A stretch of 64,000 nucleotides of DNA, taken from the NCBI RefSeq assembly GCF_018977255.1, contig NW_024704743.1, forward strand, positions 20,958,001 through 21,022,000. Direction: 5' to 3'. The notes beneath the pieces are model-generated. The model made no database searches and was not told the DNA's origin. It saw nothing but the letters and a program-made list of their open reading frames with translations. A program made the position numbers and the translations under genes. Source of the DNA: Callorhinchus milii (Eukaryota). Positions 11,831 through 22,790 of the stretch are shown here, piece by piece (within the stretch, counting starts at the first letter, position 1; each line of letters opens with the position of its first letter).

Positions 11831-13432
11831 ATCACCCACAAAACACAAGGTCATTTCACTTTACAGGATGTCCAGCGGGATGTCCTCCTGATATCCAAAG
11901 TTGTATTGCAAATGTAAAGATAGTGTCCCTTCTTTATCTGTTCTTAAATTCCACCTAATAAGTTACCTTTTCAGCCACTCCTATAGTCACCTTGCAGTCC
12001 TGGCCTCCCCTTCTCCCTTGCAGGCAAAACAAATCTTGCAGCATGATGGCTGCTCTTCTGACCAGTGCTGTTGTTTGCCGCTTGAGACTGAAAGGGTAAC
12101 TGAGTGCAGAACATCATATTTTCTGGACTTTGTATTGCAAACTGCAAGATGGTAGCTCTAATTGGGGTTTGCATAGCAAATTATGTAAGAAACGCATTAT
12201 AAATGTGTTCATAAGGTAAAAAGATTGTCTCAGATGTAAAAGGCCCTTCAGCCCATTTGAGGTCATCCTTCCAGAATAGCCACACCATCAAGCTGTTATT
12301 TTTTAAAATAAGACTATGCTTCGCTCCACTGGACTGGGGTATCATTGGAGACTCTTGTGACCTAGACGTGAGTGTGTTACCAACTGAGCCAGGCTGACAC
12401 CTATATAAAATCAAGTTCCCCAAACCTATTAAAATTTAGGCTCCCATCTGTTCTTAGCTGATGTTCCAGCAGGCCAGAAATTATTATCCTGTCTTCTGAA
12501 GGGCTGACTGATGCTTTGTGTACATTTCCACAGGCCTTGCAAACTGCAAGATGTCAGCTCTGACTGGGAAGTAGAATGTTTTTCTTTTCATCTCATGACA
12601 CCCTATAAATAAACATAAAAATACATGGTCTGACACAGAGCTTGTCAGAGAGGCAGGAACTATGAGGGCCAGACTTCTTCCCAAGTGAACTAAAGTCAAG
12701 ATTTATTTTCAACCATCAGATTTTATATTAATTACAGGTGTTACAACTAAAATTCTTTAAATGAGCTATAGGCTTTAATTGTGGCCAGAAGCGTTTTAAA
12801 ACTGAATGCACTGCTGGATTTCGTCCCCTTCCCTTATTCAGAGCAAGATATGTTACTCAGTGACCTGGTAAATAGTAATTTATTTTAAAATATAACTTTT
12901 TGTCTTGTGACAGTCAATGCACAATTAATGGTTGGAATCTTGATTGCATTACCAGCAGTCCTCGTACTACTAGTTAGAGATGTGGTTAATAAAACTGCCA
13001 ACTTGTTCTACAAGTTATTTTTATCTCAGCTGTGAAAGCCACAGCCTATGAGTAAAGTTTAGTCATATTGATAAGAGTTTGATCTTCAATCTGTGATGAT
13101 GAGCAATAATTAGCCACAAGCACAGGGAATAAAATGTCAGCCAGGGTTCCTTCTTCTGATCACTAAACAGTCACTCTTACTGAAAGAGTATGGAGACATT
13201 TTAATGAAAACAGGGAGGGGGGGGGGAAATGATTTAGGGTAAGATTTTTTTCTAGTCTTTCTGGCATTTTGTCCAAGTTTGGAGAGGGCGGAAGAGAAGC
13301 TGAGTGCGAGGAGAGGTTGAGCCTCAGAGAGAGTGAGAAACAAACAAAAAAAGCAAAAATACTGGTTGATCCTGTTCCCTCCAATTGAAATATTGGCCAC
13401 TAACTAGCCTAAGGACAAAAGGCCAAGGGGAG

Positions 13433-13792
13433 ATAATAATAATCCTTGCATTTAATACAGCGCCTTATCACTTCTTTGAGACACCTCAAAGCACTTCACA
13501 GAATATACTGTAAAGTGAATTGATTGTTTAATTTTTGGGTGAACCGAGGCAGTAAAATTTGGCACAACAGTGTCCCACAAACAGTTGTGGATTAGGTGAC
13601 CAATTTATTATTTTTTTTGAAGGAATTATTACCCCCGGAAAAGCGATCCGCCGACATCCGGGTTTCTACTTACTGCTAGGTAAACAGAGGCGTGTGGGGT
13701 AAGGAAACTTGACCAACATTTTGTCTGCCAGGAATCAAAATCAGATCTCTCGCTTGTGAAGTGGTGCTCTAACCACTGAGCTACAGGACTCC
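13433..13792 (-). mobile_element. Family B SINE, long form, full length (tRNA head, CORE-like segment, Deu 3' part, L2 tail)
   Basis: Head tggagtcctgtagctcagtggttagagc on the minus strand; internal tgtttacctagcagtaagtag; tail tgcaaggattattatt. Confidence 0.9.
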
Positions 13793-13983
13793 AGATGAGT
13801 CTGTATCTCCCGAGGATGGAGTGTTCTAGAAAAATAGTGGCAATATGGGACACTGATGTCCGAAGTGGGGGACACAGCACAGAAAAGGTTTGAAAACTGC
13901 TGGTGTAGCGGATGGATAAAGCTTAAGTACAGGAAGCTCGAGTGTTCTCTGGTTTTAACCTAACCTGCATGGGAGGGTTAGAC

Positions 13984-14962
13984 TGGAGAAGGGCCTGTTG
14001 ATGATATTGGCACCTGCCTATTCCGAAGCACAGTACACCAGAGATTCAATGTGCTACATCACCTGCAATTGTAATTTTAAAAGTAAAGGCATTTATAATT
14101 ACTGTGCAGGATTGTTGCAAATTACAACCTGTCATATTTTGGTTCTAGTTTAAGTTTCCGTGGTTTACCTGGAGTGATTGTGTAAACAAATGCGGCAGCA
14201 CAATTGTGCACAGCAATGTCCCACAAACAGCCATGCAGTGAGTGACCAATTTTATTTGGGGGGGATTGTTGGTCAGGAGATTGCGAGAAACTGTATACTG
14301 TGCTTGGGTTCAAAGTGCAAGACTTTTGAAAAGCTGCCAGCACCTTCATTGAACCATGGAATTAGACTGGCCAGGAGAGACGACCATAAATCAGAATAAA
14401 GCTGGTATCCTGCTTGTCAATGCAATCAGAAAATTGCCAAGTCCAAAGTGGCTGCGGGCATTGTCAGAAATGTGGTCCTTGGATGAAATGTTAATTGGAG
14501 ATCCTGTCTGCCCACTGAGATGGATATGCCACTTAAAAAAGAGAATGGAGCTGTTAAGCGCTCTGAGACGCTACCCTGCGCTATATAAGTGCAAGTTATT
14601 ATCACATCAGAAGGATGTCTCAAAGAGCTTCAAAGCATTTACTGTGAAATGGAGTGAACTGTATATTTATAGATAAATGCAGCAGCAAAATTGTACAATT
14701 GTACAGAGCAGTGTCCCACAAACAGCCATGAAATGAATGCCAATTTTATTTGGCCAAGAGACCGAGAGAACTCCCTTCTCTTTTCGAATAGCGTCATGGG
14801 ATCTTCAATATAGCACCTTATCATGTCTTCGAGACGTCTCAAAGTGCTTCACAGAATATAATGTAAAGTGAATTGACTGTATATTTTGTGGACGAAATGC
14901 GGCAGCCAATTGCGTACAGCAGTGTCCTACAAGCAGTCGTGGATTGAAGTGACCAATTTATT
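13984..14962 (+). repeat. Local duplication, copy 1 (paralog 25035-26815)
   Basis: Shared non-SINE sequence (atgatattggcacctgcctattccgaagcacag...; gaaaagctgccagca...aatgcaatcagaaaattgccaag) and shared repeat junctions. Confidence 0.92.
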
Positions 14963-15619
14963 ATTATTAATTTATTTTTGACTATGGGCAGGTTACCAGA
15001 GAGCAACCAATGCCCATGGAAACACACTCCGGCATGAGAAAGCCAGACTAGGAACAGAGATTATACCAACGGGAGAAAAGTTGAAAAATAATTGGATGTT
15101 TATCTACAAATACTACACTCTATCGTAAAATACTGTGAATCACATTTGAAGCGTTTTGACAATGTCATGAGGTACTACCTCAAATGCAAGGATCATTATT
15201 ATTATGCAAGATAAAAAGTTAAGAGTTTCAATTTACATCAGAAAAGAGGTTTGGGTAATTTGAATTGATATACTTGATCAAAGCAATACAAGTCACAATG
15301 CGTATTAGCCTAGTAGAGTCAATTTGCTTTATGAATGCCATGCAGTCATTTCAATGTCTGCTTAGTATCCAAAGTCATGATGTTGTCAAACTTATAGTTG
15401 CAGACATATCAAACGAATTATAGACCATCATATTCAACCCTTGGTAACACAAAATGTATAAACACATCCTCCTTGCTTAGTCCTGAAAGTCTGGTATAAT
15501 CAGTACTTGTAGCTGTCAGAGTTATTTGCTACAAATGGAAATGTGTCATAGCTTCAGGTTTCTCGTCTCAGAATCTACAACTACCTCACAAATCATGCAA
15601 CACAATTTACATATCATCG

Positions 15620-16350
15620 GGAGAACGTTTTGCTGGGGAGAGTGAGGGTGTTTGAGAAGCTGAGGACTCCGGATGGGGAGGGGGGGGTGACCTGAGGTGC
15701 AGTCAGAAAGATAAGTCTTAACAAGGGCTTTAAAAGAGGAGAGGGAGGAGATGATTCATAGGGACTCCAGGATTAGGTTCCAGAGGGGGAGTAGAATGCC
15801 CGAAAGGCTCACGGCAGATCGGGTGGGGCACATGAAGACTGCCAGAGGGAACAACAACAACTTGGATTTATATAGTGTCCTCCCTGCTGGATGGCGTCTC
15901 AGAGTGCTTTACAGTAACGGATCCCGGGGCTGAGCCAGGGGGAGGGGAGGAAGGTGACCAAAGGTGCGGTCGCAAAGAAAGGTCTTCAGCAGAGACCTGA
16001 AAATGGGAAGGGAGGGAGCGAGGCAAAGGGATTGAGGAAGGCAGTTCCAGAACCTCAGGGCATAGTGGCTGAAGGCACGGCTGCCAAGGGTGGAGTGGCG
16101 AACTCGGGGGATGAGGAGGAGGCCAGACCCGGAGGAACGAAGGCAACAGGTACTGTTTTGAGGAGAGAGGAGGTCAGAGAGGTAGGGGGATGCAGAGGAG
16201 TGCAGGGACTTGAATACAAGGGTGAATACAAGCTAGGTGAGTGGGTTTGGAGGAGGTTGCAAGGATATGGTAGGGTAAGACTGGAAGAATTAGAATTTGG
16301 GGATGAGGATTTTGAATTTGATCCTCTAGGGAATGGGGAGTCAATAGAGC
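15620..16350 (-). mobile_element. Two L2 3' fragments
   Basis: acaacaacaac tail at 15852; gatgaggattttgaatttgatcctctagggaatgggga encodes L2 LPIP.RI.FKILI. Confidence 0.75.
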
Positions 16351-16661
16351 TGAATAAAATGAATGCATTCTTGTTGCTTGCAACCTGGATTCTGTACTGT
16401 TCTGTTTCAGTGATTTGGTTTTAGCTGGTTAGATTCCAGCAGTACCCCAACACACACTCTGGGATTGCCAACCTCTTGTCAACCTGCACCTTATACCTTC
16501 CGGAATTAGGTAAGTAGGATGCATCCCTCCAGGGAGAGAATGCGCATTTCATTCCAATGAAATCATCTCTGGGATTTCCATGTGTAGGTGGGATACATGG
16601 AAATATCAGTTTGGTTTGGATACTCTTAGGCACGGTGATGGGTTTCCGCATGTGGCACATA

Positions 16662-16900
16662 CAACAACAACAACAACAACAATAATATTCCATTTATAGA
16701 GCGCCTTTCACGTCGGGAGGACGTCCCAAGGCGCTGTACAGTTGGGTCAGGACCCAAGCAGGGGGGAAATGGTCAGGGTGAGGGAAGGGAGGGAGCGAGG
16801 AGGGATGGTGGTGGGTCTGGTGGAGGTGGGGAGGGGAGTGGAGGTGGTGAAGGAGATGAAGTGGTGATCAGAGACGGCCTTGTCGGTGATAGTGAATGAT
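16662..16900 (-). mobile_element. Internally deleted young L2 (endonuclease end fused to 3' UTR)
   Basis: (caa)n tail and young 3' UTR to about 16803, then FTITDKAVSDHHFISFTTS (EN SDH motif). Confidence 0.75.
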
Positions 16901-17541
16901 ACCCGGATGACCCACAAAAATGTTGGTTGACAGGTTGAAAGGCTCACTCCTGTTCCTATGTTCCTATATACTTTACTCAAAAACAACAACAAATTACATG
17001 TGTGTAGCGCCTATCACGTCAGAAGGATATCCCAAGATGCCGGATCTGCACTTGCAGACCTGATTACTGGAGGGCTAACATTTGGTCCAATTGCAGTAAC
17101 TGTCTTACTAAATTGTGACAGTCCATTGCTGTGCTGGGGGAGTACCAAGTTGCTTGAGCTGCCATCTTTCAGGTAAAACATTAAACTAAGGTCCAATCTG
17201 TCTGCTGAGGTGGATCTTAAAGATCCCATGATACTATGTGAAACAAGAAGTGAATTTCTCCCAGTGTCTTGGCCAACAATCCCTCAAACAAATTGATCAT
17301 TCACTTCACGGCTGTTTGACAGATATCACAAACATAAAACAAATCAAGTCTTGTTGGATTAAATAATAATCCCTGCACTTGATATAGGACCTTCATGTCT
17401 GCAGAACGTCTTAAAGGATGTGACAGGATTTACCGTAAAGTGCAGAGATTGTATTTTGTAGTCGAACAAATCAATTACTTGGCTCTTGTTTTAACATGTA
17501 AAGATTTTATTGGATGAGGAAGATATTTCATCTTTCCTCAG

Positions 17542-17604
17542 GCGGGAGCTGTCAGCGTGAGTTACATGGACTATCCAAACAACAGTTTCCAGACCAGCAC
17601 ACTG
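17542..17604 (+). CDS. Candidate 63-bp internal exon of an unidentified gene
   Basis: Acceptor tttcatctttcctcag, donor CTG/gtaaag, length divisible by 3, two open frames (AGAVSVSYMDYPNNSFQTSTL or GSCQRELHGLSKQQFPDQHT), non-repetitive. Confidence 0.4.
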
Positions 17605-18365
17605 GTAAAGAATTTCACACCATCCAAAACTATGCTTAGTAATGGTGCTGTTTGTAAATCTCCTGATTTTGACCCTTCAGTTTCAAATTCAACTCTTGTG
17701 GAAAGTCTTCGAAGTAGAAATGTTCTCAATTCAAAAGAAGTTCATACTTTTAAAATTATTGTAGTAGATGGATGAAGGCACTTTAGAACCACTGTCAAAG
17801 CAATCCCACTTTGCCTCCAATGGTAAACATAAGAATATAGGAACAGAACACAATTCAGCCTGTTCAACAGTTTATGGATCATGATAGATATTTGAATTCT
17901 ATTTTCCCATCCCTAATCTTCATAGCTCTTATGTGTCAGTGGTGACCTTATAAAGGTGTATAACATTTTAAATGGGATTGAAGACACCAAGAACTCCAGA
18001 ATTGCAACAGGAATGGTGGGATGTGTCCAAATCATAATCTTTGCATTTGATATAGGGCATTATCACATCTTCGAGACGTCTCAAAGCACTTCATAGAATA
18101 TACCGTAAAGTGAATTGACTATATATTTTGTGGGTGAAACACGGGAGCCAATTTTGCACAGCAGTGTCCTACAAACAGTTACGGATTGAGTGACCAAATT
18201 ATTTTTATTTTGAAGGAATTATTATCCCCGAAAAAGCAATCCGACAATCGACTAACAACCGGGTTCCTACTTACTGCTAGATAAACAGAGGCGTGTGGAT
18301 TAAGAAACGTTTTGCCCTGCTGGGAATCAAACCCAGGTCCTCTTACATGTGATGCGAGTGGTCTA

Positions 18366-19109
18366 CAACAACAACAAGATTCCATTTATAAAGCGCCTTT
18401 CACGTCAGGAGGACGTCTCAAGGCGCTGCACAGTTGGGTCAGGACCCGAGCAGGGGGGGAAATGGTCAGGGTGAGGGGAGGGAAGGGAGGGAGCGAGGAG
18501 GGGGGAAATGGTCAGGGTGAGGGGAGGGAAGGGAGGGAGCGAGGAGGGGGGAAATGGTCAGGGTGAGGGGAGGGAAGGGAGGGAGCGAGGAGGGGAAGAG
18601 AGTCGAGAGGGGAGCTGAAGGCTCGGTCAAAGAGAAAGGTTTTGAGACCGGCCTTGAAGGAGGAGAGGGAAGAAGCAAGGCGAAGGCACTGGGGGATAGA
18701 GTTCCAGAGCCTCGGGCTGAGAGGCTGAAGGTCCGACCACCGATGGTAGGGCGATTGGGGCGGGGGACGTGGAGCAGGCCGGAGGAACGGAGGGTATGGG
18801 CAGGTAGGTAGGGGGATAGTAGGTCAGAGAGGTAGGAGGGAGCAAGGCCGTGGATGGCCTTATAGGTGAGGATGAGGATCTTGAAATCAATCCTCTGGGG
18901 GATGGGGAGCCAGTGGAGGCGAGCGAGGGTGGGAGTGATGTGGTCGCGGTGTCTGGTGCGGGACAGTACACGAGCTGCAGAGTTCTGAATGACCTGCAGC
19001 TTGTGGAGGGAGGTGGCGGGAAGGCCGGCGAGGAGAGAGTTCCCATAGTCCAGCCTTGAGGTGACAAAGGCGTGGACCAGGGTTTTAGCAGCGTGAGGGG
19101 TGAGGTAGT
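18366..19109 (-). mobile_element. Young 5'-truncated L2 LINE
   Basis: (ttg)n tail, 3' UTR with 3x46-bp repeat, encodes FVTSRLDYGNSLLAGLP...QNSAARVL...LHWLPI. Confidence 0.95.
18454..18591. repeat. Three tandem 46-bp G-rich units in the L2 3' UTR
   Basis: ggggggaaatggtcagggtgaggggagggaagggagggagcgagga; aaatgg starts at 18460, 18506, 18552. Confidence 0.95.
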
Positions 19110-19298
19110 CTAACTACTGTGCTACAGGACTCCATGTCGGGATGGTGAGTGACTATCCCAGTCACATTTCCCTGCTCTTTCCCTGTATCCACCTACCGAT
19201 ACCTTTTCTCCACATGTGCTTTTCTAATTCCATTTTAGGTGCCTCTTTATTGACTGCCTGCAATAGCCGCCCCTGGCAAATCATTCCATCTTCTTATT

Positions 19299-20300
19299 AC
19301 AACAACAACAACAAGATTCCATTTATTGAGCGTCTTTCACGTCGGGAGGACGTCCCAAGGCGCTGTACAGTTGGGTCAGGACCCGAGCAGGGGGAAATGG
19401 TCAGGGTGAGGGGAGGGAAGGGAGGGAGCGAGGAGGGGGTAGAGCGTCGAGAGGGGAGCTGAAGGCGGTCAAAGAGAAAGGTCTTGAGACCGGCCTTGAA
19501 GGAGGAAAGGGAGGAGGCGGCAAAGGCACTGGGGGATAGAGTTCCAGAGCCTAGGGGCTGAGAGGCTGAAGGCCCGGCCAACGATGGTAGGGCGGTTGGG
19601 GCGGGGGATGTGGAGCAGACCGGAGCCAGAGGATCGGAGGGTACGGGCAGGTAGGTAGGGGGATAGTAGGTCGGAGAGGTAGGAGGGAGCAAGGCCGTGA
19701 ATGGCCTTGTAGGTGAGGATGAGGATCTTGAATTCGATCCTCTGGGGGATGGGGAGCCAGTGGAGGCGAGCGAGGGTGGGAGTGATGTGGTCGCGGTGTC
19801 TGGTGCGGGACAGTACACGAGCTGCAGAGTTCTGAATGACCTGCAGCTTGTGGAGGGAGGTGCCGGGAAGGCCGGCGAGGAGAGAGTTCCCATAGTCCAG
19901 CCTTGAGGTGATAAAGGCGTGGACCAGGGTTTCAGCAGCGTGAGGGATGGGGTAGTGCCGTAGTCTGGCGACATTCCGGAGGTGATGGAAGGCGGTGCCA
20001 GTGGTGGCGCGGATATGAGGGAGAAAGGACAGCTCAGGGTTGAACAGAACCCCGAGGTTCCTGACCGGCTTTGAGAGGTGGAGAGTGCAGCCTTGGATGC
20101 TGATGGTGTCGGCGCCTGAGGTGCGGAGGCGCTGACGTGAGCCAATCAGGAGGGCCTCAGTTTTACGCACGTTGAGCTGGAGAAAGTTATCTCTCGTCCA
20201 GGACTCGATGTCGGACAGGCAGCTGTCAGGACATCGGTGGTCGTGGAGTTGAGGGTAGAGGAGGAAAGGTAAAGTTGGGTGTCATCCGCATACATGTGGA
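19299..20300 (-). mobile_element. Young 5'-truncated L2 LINE (YADD to 3' tail) inserted in a CR1 relic
   Basis: ORF 19469-20170 KTEALLIGS...RNLGVLF...SRLDYGN...[16 protein letters not shown] at 20270-20297. Confidence 0.95.
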
Positions 20301-20774
20301 GAAAAATATCTTTCTAATTTCCACCTTTCATTGTCCTAGTTCTCATCTAAAACAAATAGAATCATAAGAAATTCATGGGATGTTGGATGGTTTGAAGCTT
20401 GAAACTGTTACTATTGTATGTTGCTAAGTACAGAACATTTCTCACTTAATTAAAAAGTTGAGAACAGTCTTAGTCAGCTTCAGGCAACTGAGCTCCAATC
20501 GCTTTGAAGCAATCAGCTGCCCTTAAAGTTTCAAATACCATTACCAATGTTTTCTGAAAAAGACCAGATAACATATTGACACAAAATACAATTAGTAACA
20601 TATGAGAAGCATTGTCTTTTATCAAGCATGTTAGATTGGGATTTATATGCACCACAAGGCCTGTGGCAGCAACGTAATATGCGGAATCATCTAGTCAGGA
20701 GATGGGAAACATAAAGAGCTACCAGCGAATATTTATCGTATTTTATTACTAGAAATTACTCAAAATAAAAAATG

Positions 20775-20865
20775 TTGTTGAAGGCTGATACCCAAAACAT
20801 TAACTTATCATTCTCTTTCAAATGCTGGTTAATCTGCTGCCATGAGCAGTGTTTTCTGTATTCCA
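20775..20865 (+). mobile_element. Degraded second copy of the PLE-like short element
   Basis: ttgttgaagg...cccaaaacattaact...aatgctggttaatctgctg...ttttctgtatt parallels 6013-6110. Confidence 0.5.
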
Positions 20866-21580
20866 GGTGTCAGCCTGTCTCAGTTAGTAGCACTCTTGCC
20901 TCTGAGTCAGAACGTTTTGGGTTCAAGACCCACATTGGGACTTTGAACTCACATAGTGTAGCTGCCGTTCTTCATATGAGAAGTTAAACAGAGACGTCCC
21001 ATGTGCCTCTTCATGTAGATATTCAAGATTCCACTAATTGGAACGAAAAGGGATTTTCTCCTGGTATCCTAGCCAATATTACCCCAGATAAAATTGTTTA
21101 TTCAATTCATGGCTGTTTGTAGGACATTGTTTTGAGCAAAATAGCTGTCGCATTCACAAAATATACAGACACCACATTATACAATAAATCCTGTGAAGTG
21201 CTTTGAGACCTACTCTCAATGTGTAGGTCTAAAGTCCCTCAACATTGGGACTTTAGTTCAGAGGTTGGGATCTTACTCCAGCCTTAAAGGAATACTGCAC
21301 TGTGAGAGGTCCCATCTTTTGAATGAAACCAAGATCCCATCAGCTTGTCTCCAAGTGGATGTTAAAGATCTGAACACCCTTTGAAAAGAGAAAAGAGCAA
21401 AACGTGCCTACTGATGTTATGCCGAACAGTCCTGCAGATTAATTTGCCATTCATTTCATGGTTATTTGTAGGACTTTGCTGAGTGCAAATAGCTTGCACA
21501 TTTGTGTACAAAACAGCCACAACATTTGACAGTAATTACTTGTGAAGATGTAAAAAGACCTTATAATAATGTAACTTTTT
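20866..21580 (+). mobile_element. Two tandem family A Deu SINEs
   Basis: tRNA head ggtgtcagcctgtctcagttagtagcactcttgcctctgagtcag...gggttcaagaccc, followed by two Deu cores. Confidence 0.8.
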
Positions 21581-22417
21581 TCTTCCAACTTCCTCAATGC
21601 TTATAGTGTAATTGCTTGACTCCCTCCCATGACCACAAAACTATGTGGCTCATGATGACTAACAGTCCTTTTACACAAGGGAGAGTCTTGAGAGTCGGGC
21701 AACTAAAAAGTTGTATTTCATAAAACTTTAGCTTACTCTAATCTCTTTGGAAGGCATGTGTTCAAAAATGTTTTTATAGTGGCTTTTTAGAATGTATTTG
21801 GCACTTTTTAAACATAGTGTGGTTTTAGTTTAGTCAGTCACATCAGCCACTATGGTTACCCAGACAGGTAGAATAGAAAATATGACAGTGAGTCCATTGT
21901 ACCACACACTGGGAACAAGGCAGAATCAGGGAAGCTATGTACAGTGTCAAATGTCTGAGTTGGCAGAAATACAGAACAACAGGCCTTAGAGAAGATTACT
22001 GTACATTCAATCATTCGATCTTTAAAATAAGGCAAGGTTTTTATTTTAGTTTTAAACGTTGACAGGAGAAACAGTATATGCATGTTTACACTGCTAACTC
22101 TTCTATCTTGCCAGGATAGTTCACTTTCACCCTTTGGTTAGGAACGTTACAGAAATAGTGCACTGAACTATTGAACTCAACAGTGAAAAATATCACTGTA
22201 AGCCCTCAATTTACAGAGTGCATAGTTGCTTTATCATTATAGATTCTCGCATGTAAATTTGATTGGAGTTTCTGAAAACGGCTCATTTCTTTCATATGTG
22301 TTTGAAATTCTACAAACGACCTCTCCTCAGACACTTGTTCTGAAGTGGTCTTTGAGATGTTGAACATGTCTCTATAGACATCTAGTTCTCATGTTATAGA
22401 TACACTTAAAAGTAACA

Positions 22418-22790
22418 TAATAATAATCCTTGCATTTGATATTGCGCCTTAACACGTCTTCGAGACGTCTCAAAGAGTTTCACAAAATATACTGTAAAGT
22501 GAATTGACTATATTTTGTGGGCAAAACACGACAGCTAATTGCTCACAGCAGTGTCCCACAAAAAATCGTGGATTGAGTAACCAAATTATCATTATTATTT
22601 TTTTAAAGGAATTATTAACCACAGAAAAGCGATCCGCCAGTCAACTAACAACCGGGTTCCTAGTTATTGCCAAGGTAAACAAAGGCTTGGGGAGTAAGGA
22701 AACTTGCCCAACATTTTGATCTGCTGGGAATCAAAACCAATTCTCTCACTTGCAAGACGAGGGCTCTAACCACTGAGGTACAGGACTCCA
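22418..22790 (-). mobile_element. Family B SINE, long form, full length
   Basis: Head caggactcca at about 22790; tail taataatccttgcatttg. Confidence 0.9.

Larger units (their letters stand above)
18030..19135 (-). mobile_element. Family B SINE (long form) split by an L2 insertion
   Basis: Body 18030-18365; head resumes at 19110 (tctaactactgtgctacaggactcca). Confidence 0.85.

Noticed and set aside
13255..13331. Possible exon after tttttttctag
   Set aside because: No convincing donor and no recognisable product.
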